A stretch of 64,000 bases of DNA from Sminthopsis crassicaudata (lineage: Eukaryota). The notes below the pieces were generated by a model. It saw only the letters and a list, made by a program, of their open reading frames with translations, made no database searches and was not told where the DNA came from. The DNA lies in assembly GCF_048593235.1 (NCBI RefSeq), contig NC_133620.1, positions 294,019,765 to 294,083,764 on the forward strand, written 5' to 3'. This document shows positions 22,290 to 41,200 of this stretch, piece by piece. The translations under genes were made by a program, and so were the position numbers. The stretch's first letter is position 1. Every line of letters begins with the position of its first letter.

Positions 22290-25200
22290 ATGATCTCCCA
22301 GCTCTTCATTTTGTCCTCCAAAGGGGACCCTCTCATCTACAAGGACTATATCCTCCCACCCGTGAGCCGTGACAGCGGAGGGTAAAGGAAGCAGGAGAAG
22401 CAGGGAAGGCAGCCAGCGAGGGTCCAAGGACGGTGGGCAGCAGTAGCATGATAGGGCCCGGGGGAGCTGGGTCAGAAAAGGGCGAGAAACTGATTGGCGG
22501 CTTAGCCTTGGTTTCCCTTAACCTCCGTTCCTTCAGTTCGTGGAGACTGTGGAGGGAGTGATGTAGCCGAAATCTTCTACCGGAAGGTGACAGAGCTGCC
22601 GGGGGATCAGCCTCCTGTGGTGATGGTAACAACCTTTCTAGGCACTGGGTGGGATATGAAACTAGGAATCGATGCTGTTTTAGTCCCTTCTGAGGTCGTT
22701 TATACTGGGGTTTTAGGAGATGGGATTTGGTTTCCCAAAGGTTTTGTTTTTGTTTTTTGTTAATGCTAGAATGCCCTCCCCAAACTTCCATTCCCATAAT
22801 TTTGACCTTTATCCTTTTTAATTTAGTTCCTGTTCATTCCTCCACTTTTCCCAACTTCCCACCCCCACATTGTCTCATCCCTCACATCCCTCTCCCAGCA
22901 CCACAAGGGTCACCACTTTGTCCACATCCGACACTTCAGTCTCTACCTTGTGGTCACCACTGCAGGCTGTGTTTCCCCCTTCATCCTCCTGGAGCTGCTG
23001 TCAAGGTGAGGAAAGTGGAAGTGAAAGGGGATGGGGAATTTGAGCTCAGAAGACTCATTACTTCCTCCCTTCCCCAGGCTGGTCACCCTCCTAAATGATT
23101 ACTGTGGCTCCATCAGTGAGAAGACACTCTCTCTTAATGTAGCCCTTGTCTATGAACTCTTGGATGAAGTGCTGGTAAGGAACCCTATCTCTTATTTCAG
23201 AGATATGCTCCCTTTTTATTAAAAGACCTAGGTACCTTTCATCTCCATTTCCACCTACCTCTAAGTCAGCTTTAGAAACATACTTCTTCTACTGTAGGAC
23301 TACGGCTACATCCAGACTACATCTACCGAGATGCTGAGGAACTTCATTCAAACTGAGGCTGTGGTCAGCAAGCCCTTCAACCTATTTGAGCTCAGCAGTG
23401 TTGGTTTGGTTAGTGAAGAAAAGGATGGAGGAGGTTTGGGAAGATGAGTTGAGCTAGGATTAGCTAGTGGACTTACTATTTGTGGACTTTTACAGTTTGG
23501 TGCTGAAACACAGCAGAGCAAAGTGGCCCCAAGCAGTGCAGCCAGTCGTCCAGTCACAACTATTCGCTCGGACCAGGTGAGGAAGTATATCTGTGTTTTC
23601 AAACATCCAGGCATTTTAGGATCCAAACTCATATATCTAATTTTTTTTATTAGTTTTGCTATTCTCTTTAAAATTTTTTTTTTCTTATAGCTTTTTATTT
23701 ACCAGATATATGCATGGGTTATTTTCAGCATTGATAATTGCAAAACCTTTTGTTCCAATTTTTCCCTCTGTCCCCCCCCCCCAGATGGCATGTTGACCAA
23801 TACCTGTAAAATATATTAAAGCATAAGTTACATACAACACATGTATACATACTGTTATTTTTAGTTTTGCTATTCTCTATTCCAGCAATTCAGTCTTCCA
23901 GATTCTTATAATTAATCCCGTGTTTCTTGGGACCCAGATATCCATTATCCAAGTCTCTTCTACCTCCAGTCTTTAAGACCAAGAATCAATTTATTCCAGA
24001 TTTCTTTTCTTTTTCAGAGTCACAAGAACGAGGTTTTCTTGGATGTAGTAGAAAGGCTCTCGGTGCTTATTGGATCCAATGTAAGTTTGAGTCTTCAAAC
24101 CCAATTTGGTTTAAAAAAAATTTAGTATCTGTTATATTCAAACACTAAATTCAGAGGTGGGAGCAACTACATAGTGCAGTGGATATAGTACTGGCCTTGA
24201 ATTCAGGAGGATCTCAGTTCAAAGCTGACCTCAGACACTTAATACTTCCTCATTGTGTGACACTGGGTAAATCATTTACCCCCAATTGCCTCCAAAACAA
24301 ACCTATCCAGAGACAGTATGGTACAAGGCATATACAAGTGGCCTTAGAGCCGGAAGACCCTGCCCTCTAATTCAAACTGGCTTTGTTACCCTGGACAAGT
24401 TATTTAACCTCTTGGTGCCTCAGAAAACTCTTCAAAACTTTAATTGGAGGGATAGTTGCTAAATTGAATTGGAATCAATCAAGGTTTTATTAAGCACTTA
24501 CAGTGTCAACCACTAGGGGAAGAAGTTTCCTCACCAGGAGTTTCCTGTACTAATTAAATCACAGTACTGAACCAAAAAAAATAAAAAAAATAAAAACAGA
24601 ACTCTGAATAACTAGGGAGATTATATAATGAAGACAATCTGTCCCATTCCAACCCTGGAATGGGATCATATCACAAAGGGATATAGGGAAACTAGAGTTG
24701 TAACTACCCTGGAACATTACTCCCAGTGGTGACACATGGGTCCTAGATAAAAAGTTCATCCTGTGTACTTCCCCTCAATTTGATTATGAGGGAGTGAATA
24801 AGATGTCAAGTAACATCCCAATATCTGTGTTCACAAAATCTTTGAAGTGAAAGAAGCTTCAGAGGCCATCTGAATCCTGAGCTATATAAGAATCCGTTCT
24901 TATCCATAACACTTGATTGTCTAGCTTTCATTTAGTATCTCTAATGTTAGGGAGCTACCTTCTTTCTAAGGAGCCTGTCCCATTTTGGGATAGTTCTTTT
25001 ATTCCATTCTTTCATTCATTTAATAAATATTAGTGCTTATTATATGAAAAATACTGTCAGATGCTGGAGATCTGAAAATGAAATTAAAAAGAATTTTTGT
25101 CTTCAGGAAGCTCAGAGCACTAAATAGGGGGATTAGGAAAGACTTATAGAAGATAACATTCGACTTGAATATTGAGGGAAGATAAAGATGCTAAGAGAAC

Positions 25201-28075
25201 AGTGAGGAAGGAATATATTTCAGGCTTGGAGGGTAGTCTGCATAGGTCCTTGGAGGTGAGAAATGGAATCTGGAGAAATAGTTAATTGAGCCAATTTAAC
25301 TGGAAGAAAGCATGGAACCCTCTGGAAGCAAAAGTTTACATTGTTTCTTGACACTGAACTAGTTGTGTGAACATAATCAAAGTCACTTCATTTCCTTGAG
25401 CCTCAGTTTCCTTCTCTGTAAAATACAAAGGCTGAATTAGCTGGCGTCTATGGACTATCCAGTTGTAGATTCTCTGAGCCTGTAACTGTAGTGTACATGA
25501 AAAGGAGTAGTGTGAAGTGTTAGAAAATTTTTGTTTTATTTTCTGGTAAATTTATTTTTAATACACATTACTTTATAAATTATGTTAGGAGAGAAAAACC
25601 CGAGCAAAAGGGAAAAACCGTGGGAGAGAAAAACAAAACAAAACAGAAAAAAGAAGTGAACATAGCATATGCTGATTTACATTTAGTCTCCTTAGTGCTT
25701 TTTCTGGATGCAGATGTCATTTTCTGTCCAAAGTCTTTCCCCTCCTTTAAGATTTCCTTGGGATATAAAACTAGTGATGGCACTGCTGGATCAAAGGTAT
25801 ACATAGTTTTATAGCCCTTTGGGCTAGTTCCAAATTGCTCCAAATTGGATCATTTTACAATTCCACTAACAATGCATTAAATGTCCCAGTTTTTCCATAT
25901 TTCCTTTAACATTTATCATCTTTTCCTGATCTGAGAGGTATGAGGTGGTACTTCAGAGTTGTTTTTAATTTGCATTTCTATAATCAATAGTGATTTAGAG
26001 CATTTTTTTCATATAACCATAGATGACTTTAATTTTTTCATTTGAAAATTGTTCATATCCTTTGACCAGTTATCACTTGGGGAATGACTTATAGTCTTTT
26101 TTTTTTTTTTTCCCTGAGGCTGGGGTTAAGTGACTTGCCCAGGGTCACACAGCTAGGAAGTGTTAAGTGTCTGGGACCAGATTTGAACTTCGGGTCCTCC
26201 TGAATTCAGGGCTGGTGCTCTATCCACTGTGCCACCTAGCTGCCCCCAAATAACTTATATTCTTGACACAGTTCTTTATGTATTTTAGAAATGAGACCTT
26301 TTATCAGAAACACTAGCTATAAAGATTTTTTTCCTAGCTTTGTACTTACCTTTTAATCTTGTTTCTATTGGTTTTGTTTGTGCAAAAACTTTTTAATGTA
26401 ATGTAATCAAAGTTGTCCATTTTGTCTTTCCTAATGTTCTAGTTCTTTTTTGGTTATAAATTCTTCCTTTCTCCAAAGATCTGATAGGTCAAATTATCCC
26501 TTGCCCACCTAATTTGTTTGTGATATCATTCTTTATACTAAATCACGTACCTGAACATTTTTCTTTACATTGAATTTATATCTGCCTTTCTACAGATTCC
26601 ATCTTTTATCCTCTGGGACCACGCCAAAAAAAAAAAAAAAAAAAAAAAAAGCCTAATCTATAGACACCCCTTCAGATACTAATGATCATGTACTCTAAAA
26701 TTTTCAAGTTAAGCATCCTCATTTTTCTTAACTCCCTCCATTTTCCAGCTCCCTCATTACCATGTTGCCCTTTGATTAATCTCCAGCTTGTCAGTATCAC
26801 TCAGTAGTCCAACTACTGTGAATCTAATCAGGGATGCATGCAAGCCTGCTAAGATCTTCTTTGATCTTGACTTTGTCATCCAGCATATTAATTGGATGAA
26901 TTTGATTAAGTATTGATAAGTATCAATATTTTATCCAGCTTATAAATATTTTAAACATAGAGCCAAGGACAAATGCTTGGAGCATTTGTTAGATACTCCC
27001 TCCAAAATGGCATCATTTCTATCCTTTGAAAGATTGGCAAGTCTTTCAACCATTTTTACATCTACCAACTATTATCTAGTCCATATCTTTGCATCTCATC
27101 CATAAAGATAACATGAGAGACTTATCAGATACTTTACTGTTGCTAGCATTCCTCTCAAGTAATAACAAATAAGGAAATAGAGGTTAGTTTTGTATAACCT
27201 GTTCTTTGATAAGCTGTGTTGATTATTTGTGACCAAAGCTTTCTTCTAAACATCCACAAACTGTCCTTTTAATAGTGTGTTTTAAGAGTTATGCTAAACT
27301 CACATGGCTTTAATAGTTTATATGTAATCCTATATGTAAACTTCTCCTCACTCCTTCCTCTTCTTCTCAAAGGACTTGTCTTTTTCAGATCTGCAGAATT
27401 TTCCATTATTCCACAATGTGGAAAAGAGTTCTTACTTAGATTAGAGAGAGAGATCAACCTGAGACCTGATATTAACTGTGTCAACCTGGAGCAAGTAATT
27501 TAAAATCTTAGAATCTGTTTCCTCTTTAAAATAGAGAACAACAATACCAATCTCATAGCAATTGTTTTTGTTTTGTTTTGTTTTTCTGTGATCTTTTCCC
27601 TGTAGAGAGCTAAGGAAACTTACCTACAACTTCTTTCATGAGAAAAAGCTTGGGATCACTAGATGTATTGCTCCCTTGAACCTATACATCCACATTATTC
27701 AGTGCTAGCAAAGGTATAGGACCAGGTAACTCCGTGGTACAAATGATAACTTAATTCTCCATCTCTTCCACTTCTTCCTGTATTGTTCTCCTCAGGGTTC
27801 CATTTGTGTCCTTTCTTGCCTTTCTGACAAACCAAATAGTCCTAGCTTCTTATTGCACGTGGGTCTCAGAACAGTGCAGTATTATCTGTCTCTGCCTTTA
27901 TGTACTACACATAAAGTACAACACATCCTCTATATGCAGGAGAAGCCTTGGAAGTCTTAAGTGAATAAAAAGTAGATGTCCTTGGATTCTGTTTCTCATG
28001 ACTGGATCTATCTGTTATTTTTCCATGACCATTATTTTCTGTTTTCTAGTTTAAAGCCCTTTCAGATGTGTAGTG

Positions 28076-28114
<39 letters not shown>

Positions 28115-31100
28115 AAATATATAATTTAGTAGTCTTTGTTAGGTACATGCTGTCTCATTAGCATACCCTTATTCTTATTTCAAGCTGTATTTCAGATCTC
28201 CTACTCCATCTTAATTTTTATCGTTTAACTTCCCAAATTTCCTTCTCTTCTGAAGTGCTTGCTCTCATTCTTCACTAGTGATTAAAAAAAACAAACACAT
28301 AACTAAATACCTGAACCCCTAAAATCTTCGTTGTTACTAGAAACTTCATTAACTCTAGATATGCTTTTTAGATTCCTTCTGATGGTATTATTTATTCCTC
28401 ATATGAATAATAAATAGTAGCAAGGTTTGATAAGTCTTGAGAGGCTCAACAAGAAAAGGGTAAACCTCTATTTTTAATGTCAGGTAGATATATCTCTTAT
28501 GTCCAAAAAGTTTCAGTGCAGCTTTAAGCTGTAATAATCGTCTATCATTAGCTCCATGGTCATATTATTTCAAACATAACAAGAATTAATGCCTACTCTG
28601 TGATAGGCTTTAAGGATATACAAAGACAAAAGTAAAATATGACTTAAACAATTTATATTCTGTTGCAAAAAAACAACATATAAATATGTATATATGGCAT
28701 GTGACAGTATATATGACAAATTCTAGGAGGGGTCACTAGAAAAACAGATCTAAAAAGACCTCATGTAGGAGGTAGTTCTTGAACTGAGATTTGAAGAATA
28801 CTAGCATAGTGGGAGATTGATGAGAAGTAGCAAATAACCCAATTTTTTAGGAAAAGTTTCTGTTAATTCCATGTTCACTAGCTCTTTCACTCCATATTAT
28901 CACCTATATTTCAATTATGGGATATAGATCCAAAATTCCTTCTTAAATCCTGAAACTTTTCATTTTCCTTAATCAGCTTAAAATCTTAAGCTGAAGGCTT
29001 TCCTTTAGCTCCTCTTGAAAAACAAATCTGCATTTCCACATATCCATTAGTTATAACGGAAAGGCAAATATAGGACACGTTATGTCATTGCAAATTTTTT
29101 TTCTAAATTCTGTAAGCAAGAACTTTAATCTTTGTTCTTTGTGATTTTTATGGTCATTTCCTATGGGTCATCCATGCTTTTTTGCCCAGATTGCTTAATC
29201 ATATCTATAATTGTCCCATTTGGTAATATCTACTGTTGATCCATTTCCAGAGCACCACTACACTTTTATCTCCTCAGGCTGACATCTGGGACCTCCTTGT
29301 GGTTGAATCATAAAATGGAAAAGAAATCTGTGTTCTGCCATTTAACTGATCACCTAGTAGTTGTCACTTGATATTGATGGAGAGGGGAATAACCTCCCCC
29401 TATATTTTTATGTGTTCTGCATTTCTATTGTTCCATTAGCAGCATAAAATTTCTACTTGGGACCCTAGGGAGAAAATAGTTCTGTAGCTAAGGACCTGAA
29501 AACTATTATGAACATTTTAATTTTTCATCTCCCTTCCCTTAAACTCTTAGGGCTCTCTGCTGAAGGTGGATGTGCAAGGTGAAATCCGACTCAAAAGCTT
29601 TCTTCCCAGCTGCTCTGGTGAGAAGTGAGGAGGCTAGGGGATATAGAAAACGGAGTAAAGTATGTTAGAGGAACCAGGTACTTAAAGAGTTGGAGGGGAT
29701 GTTGATGTCATTACTAATATGCCTTTCTTTGACAGAAATGAGAATTGGCTTGACTGAGGAGTTTTGTGTGGGCAAATCAGAATTGAGAGGTGAGGCACTA
29801 AAAATCTTCCATATACATTTGAACTAATAGTTATAATAGGGAGGTAGTAATGGAGTATCTATTAGAATTTGTCCAGAACAGGGATTTTGATTGAAGATCA
29901 AAAGGCATAGGCATGGTAGAAGAGTTTTCTTTCAATGTAATGTATTAAGCATGCTGTTTATTATTTGGGGGGGGTGTGTCTTTTCTTACAGGGTATGGGC
30001 CAGGGGTACGGGTAGACGAAGTTTCATTTCATGGTTCTATTCGACTGGATGAGTTTGAATCCCATCGTATTCTTAGGCTGCAGCCATCTCAAGGCGAGGT
30101 CAGACTGAGGGGCATTTGTTCCACAATAAGGAAGAGTGGGAAGGTTTGAGGAATATGAGAAAGACCAGGCTGACATTGTTTTTGTGTTTACAGTTGACTA
30201 TAATGCGGTATCAACTTTCTGATGATCTTCCCTCCCCTCTCCCCTTCCGGCTCTTTCCCTCTGTGCAGTGGGATCATGGTTTAGGCAGGTAAGATACTGA
30301 TGCTGTTTCAGAACTACATAGCTTTCTCCCCATTCATGATACAAAACTCACCCTGAATACAAAAAGAGAAGGGAAAGATGACACTTCTGCCTTTATTCCT
30401 TATCCAAGGCTACAGGTTTACCTGAAACTCCGGTGTGATCTACCTCCAAAGAGGTGAGAACTGTGATAGTAAAACAGTGCTTCCTTTGAGGATATGCTGC
30501 TACTTTGAAACTTCTTTTCCCTCATATACTTCCTATTGCCTTCTTTCAATATATTCAGTTTCATTGTATAAGGGTAGGGGCAATCTTGGTCAATCCTTTC
30601 AGTGGGGGCCTTGAGTAAGGAGGGATAGGGAAATGAGGAATAGAACTAATGGGACTTTGTTCATTTATGATTGTTCCAGTCAGGCTCTTCATGTCAAGCT
30701 CCACCTCCCTCTTCCCCGAGGAGTGGCCAGGTCAGTTGTGGGGAACAGGACAAATTGATATCTTATCAAACTTCTCTAGGGAAATAGGGTAAAGGATGAA
30801 ACTGGATAGTGGGCAGTGGGTTATTCAGTAATAGCTTTTGCTTAGGAGTAACAAGGTCTTATCTACCCTTTCATATTTCTTTAATTCCTAGTTTATCTCA
30901 GGACTTGAGCAGCCCAGAGCAGAAAGCAGAGCTGGGTGAAGGAGTGCTTCTATGGGACCTTCCTCGGGTACAAGGTGGTTCCCAACTCTGTGGTCTCTTC
31001 CAGGTAACAACCACCAAACACCATCCCCCCCCCCACTCCGATTTCCATAAGCTAATCCTCAGTTCCTTTGATTTCTTCAGTGTGTATCCACTGTCCCCTC

Positions 31101-31352
31101 CAATACACTTTACCTCCACCCATGTTTTCTTCTTCCTAGATGGATGTCCCTGGACTTCCTGATCCCCCAAGCCCAGCCCCTCCTCTGGGCTTAGGTCCTG
31201 CAAGCCTTTCATTTGAGTTGCCACGGTACACTTGTTCAGGGCTCCAGGTTCGATTTCTTCGGCTTACAGCTCCTGGCACTCCTGATAACACTGTCCCAAA
31301 TACATGGGTGAGACACTTAAGCCACAGTGATACTTATGTCATCCGGATCTGA
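22290..31352 (+). CDS. AP4M1: AP-4 complex subunit mu-1 (15 exons, 449 aa)
   Basis: Exons 22290-22347, 22537-22625, 22899-23005, 23078-23174, 23298-23408, 23496-23576, 24018-24080, 29551-29617, 29736-29789, 29992-30098, 30194-30288, 30409-30453, 30680-30730, 30892-31003, 31140-31352; total 1350 nt. [23 protein letters not shown]...[21 protein letters not shown]...[13 protein letters not shown]...[15 protein letters not shown]. Intron 1 is AT-AG; the rest are GT-AG. Confidence 0.95.
22348..22536 (+). other. U12-type (minor spliceosome) intron with AT-AG termini
   Basis: 5' end ATATCCTCC (consensus RTATCCTT). Branch site tcccttaac at 22514-22522 (consensus TTCCTTRAC), 15 nt before the terminal AG at 22535-22536. 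Only this junction restores KD-F-RGD in frame. Confidence 0.85.
25540..26550 (-). mobile_element. decayed LINE-1 3' fragments in AP4M1 intron 7
   Basis: Antisense L1 motifs (gaggtggtacttcagagttgtttttaatttgcattt, ttgttcatatcctttgacca, ttttatcagaaacact). Confidence 0.7.
26097..26246 (-). mobile_element. WSINE1-type SINE nested in L1
   Basis: Full antisense copy (...ctctatccactgtgccacctagctgcccc). Imperfect TSD aatgacttatagtc / aataacttatattc. Confidence 0.88.
26690..27330 (-). mobile_element. ancient CR1/L3-like LINE fragment
   Basis: Degenerate antisense RT-region text (tttgtcatccagcatatt, agagccaaggacaaatgcttggagc, gttagttttgtataacctgttctttgataagc) typical of L3/CR1. Confidence 0.5.
28076..28110. 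repeat. (TG)n microsatellite
   Basis: Direct reading of the tgtgtg... run. Confidence 0.9.
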
Positions 31353-31671
31353 GACCCAAATGAGAGTGCTATGTCAACCTTGTTTCTGGAAAGGAATAGC
31401 GACGGTATATTCCTTCCACCATTGCTGGCAGGGTAATAAGATTCTGACTATAGTCCTTTTTCTTGACTTAAGAACTCAGGTAGATAAAACTGAACTGTTT
31501 TATTTAGGGGGAGGAATCTGTACAATGGGATATATATCTGAAGTTTGCTGATGGGGAGAGGTGAGGTTTGTGGGAGTAATGCTCCTTATCCCAAACCAAA
31601 ATGTAATAATGAATGAAAATTTGTATTTGAGTGTGAGAATATTATTTTGTAGGAGCCTTTCTCTGAAGCCT

Positions 31672-38077
<6,406 letters not shown>

Positions 38078-38499
38078 CTACAAAAGAGATGGATAAATTG
38101 AGATTAGAAAGAGAAGACAGGGCAGGGGGCCAGAAAAAAAAATAATAACCTCAGAGTGTTGGGAACTGAACCAAAGAATAGGAAAGACCCAAAGAATCAA
38201 AAAAGGACACTAGGTGCTAAGGTAAAATATTTTCCAAAAGCTCTATCTAGGGCTAAAGATAATGGCAAATACAATTTTCATTACTTATTAAACATTTCCT
38301 ATGTGCAAGGCTTGGTGCCAGAGATACAAAGATGACTCCTTCCTACCTTCAAGGAACTTATCTGTAGTGGATCAAAAAGATTATACATGTATATAAATTT
38401 ACTTGCTAATCCATTAAACTACTTGTTAGGATGGAGAAAGATTGGCCTTCTAAAGTGATTTCACACTTTATCACCTTAGTTAAGACAATGAGACTTGTT

Positions 38500-41200
38500 C
38501 TTGAAGAAAAGTAACCTGTGTTCTACACAATAAACACTTGCTGATTGCCTCCACAATCCATAAATGAAATTTCTCTTACCTCAAATTCCAGTGCTTCCAT
38601 CCTTGCCTGCTTATCCTCATACTCCTCCCTTTAAAATTTGACCACACTGTTAATATCCTTAGCCTTTGAATCACCTACCTTCAATGTTCTATTGTTGCTC
38701 AACTATTTCCAATATCTCTCAAAGAGTTTACAAAATTCCAATATATCCATCCCTAACTCTTACCCATGTTTGGACTGGGTCATCCAGGTATTTAAATAAT
38801 TTTAACCAAGCTGTTATTGCATCAGTACTTTGTGATTTTCTAGTGAATTCCTCAGTGTCTGTTTCAAACCTTTTCTCAGCACACTAGCAAACCCTAAATC
38901 CTAACCTCTAATCGAAGGACCTCAAATCATATTTCACTTACCAAAAAAATGAGACTTTCCATCTTGTGCTTCTATTTCTCAGATTTAATAATCTTAACAT
39001 TCTTTTGCTCCACTCTTAAGATTGAGGGGGTCCTTTTCCTTACCAATGTCTATCATTCCTTTCTCCAATATTTATTGGCTCCTTTCCTATTACCTAAAAA
39101 TTACCATAAAAATTTTTACTTGACCCCCGTCCATCACTTTAAGCTATCATCCCAAATCTCTCCTTTCACAACTAAACTAGAAATAGCTAAGAAACTTTAC
39201 CTTGCCACCAAGGAAGTCAGTTTATCTATTCATGCATAGCAAAAGCTAACTTCCTAATGCCAATAATAAACTTTTTTTTTAACCAGTCTAAAAAAACCCC
39301 AAAATCTAGAAATAGCTAGTCATCAGTCTTTTGACTCCATTTCCTCATCTCCCATTTGGATTTTAATCCCCTGTTGGCAGGTTTCTGACTCCACTGTTAA
39401 CTGCTCAGGACAAGATTAGCAATGTTTTCAACAAGCTTCTTTTCAATCTTTATGGTGCCTTTTTTTTACCTTCCCACAATTTTTATATTACTAACCATTT
39501 CACTCTTAGAAATTCTCCTCTCTGGATTTTTCTGACACTTCTCTATATCATTCCTCTTCTCAATAATCTTCAGTCTACTTTGCAGGTCCATCATCTATAT
39601 CCTACTAAATCCTAGTACACAGGGTATTTTCCCAAGAATGTGCTCATTACTTACTGTTAACATAATCTCAACTGAGCTCTAAATGCTTCTAGATAGTACT
39701 TGTTGAAAAAATAGCAGGAAGAGTTGGTTTACTGGAAAAAATTATTTTTTTTTTTTTGGAAATGCTGAATTTAGAGATTCCTATGGGACATTATCTAGGT
39801 GGAGATAGCCAGCAGACAGTTGAAGGTGTCATAATAAAAGGTGAGAGAAGAGAGAGGCTAAATGTGAAGATTTGAGAGTCATGAATAAAGATGTGAATCT
39901 GATGACACCAGTCTCATAGCTATTCTGTGAACAAGATGCTCTATCTTTCCCAATTAATGATCTCCCTGGCTTCCTTTAAGTCTCAACTAAAATACCACCT
40001 TGTACCGAAAGCTTTTCCCAATCTTTTAATTCTATTGTCTTCTGTTAATTTCCTATTTATCCTGTATATAACTCATATTGTACATATTTGTTTGCATGTT
40101 GCCTCCCCCATTAGATTATAGGCTCTTGGAGGACAAGGACTGTCTTTTGCCTCTTTTTTTATCTCCTATGCTTAGCACATAGTAGGCATTTAATATTTAT
40201 TAATTGATTAATAGGAAACCATTGAATTTTATTGAGTAGGGGAGGAGGTGACATGATTAGATTTGTACTTTATCAGCTGAGTGAAGAATGGGCTAGAATG
40301 GGGAGAGACTTATGGCTGGCAGACCAATCAGTTTTGCAATATTCTGTGTGTAAGGAGATAAGGGTCTGCAGTAGAGTGGGTGATAGTGTCAGATGAGAAA
40401 GAAATAAGTGGAAGATGTTACTAGGGTAAAAGCAAGAGGCTTTGGCAACAGACTGGATTTGATGAAGTGAGAGAGAATGAGGAGTTGAAGATACTCAGAT
40501 TGTGAGCCAGAGTGACTGAGAGGATGATGATGTCCTCGGTAGTAAGAGAAAATCTGGAAGAGAAGCTTTTTGGAGGAAGGATAAGTAGTTTAGTTTTGGA
40601 CATCCAATTCAAGATTTAAATAATTGGAGACATTAAACTCGAGGTCAGCAGTTAGGGCTGGATAAGTAGATTTGAGAATCATCAGCATAGAGATGATAAC
40701 TGAATCCATGGGAACTGTTATCACCAAGTGAAATAATGTAGAAGTGCAAAAGGTCCAAGACAGTTCTGTCATGTCCCACAGTTAATGGACTTAGACTAGG
40801 ACAAAAATCAAGTGAAGGATACAAAGGAGTGGTAAGATAGGAGGAGGACCATAAGAATCGTGTCTCCAAAATCTGTATCAGCTATGACTATGTAAAAGGC
40901 TGCAAGGTGTCAAAAAGAATGAGAACTGGGAAAAGAATTTGGCAATTAAAAGATGATTGATAGCCTTCCTCTCACATTACAACCACCCTAGTTCAGGTCT
41001 TCTCCATTATATATAAAAATATAAAAGAATTTACTAAGCTGACAAAACAAAAATTGCCTCATCTCCCAACATCCATTCTCTCTTTTCCAAACCATCTTCC
41101 ACATCATTGCCAAACTGACATTCCTAAAGCATAGGTATAACCCATGGCTCTCATGCTCAGTAAACTTCAGTAACTTCCTATGGCCTATAGGATCGAATAC
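38500..41200. mobile_element. patchwork of old L2-like LINE and MIR/Mar fragments in TAF6 intron 1
   Basis: L2-like 3' ends (gcctccccattagattataggctcttgga..cttagcacatagtaggcatttaat at ~40100-40200) and antisense L2 body (gagtgactgagaggatgatg..., ctcatgctcagtaaacttcag). Confidence 0.5.

Noticed and set aside
22362-22367. Canonical GT donor (c|gtgagc) as an alternative end for AP4M1 exon 1
   Set aside because: Splicing it to 22537 puts exon 2 out of frame and loses the conserved FRGD; the AT donor fits homology and the U12 consensus.
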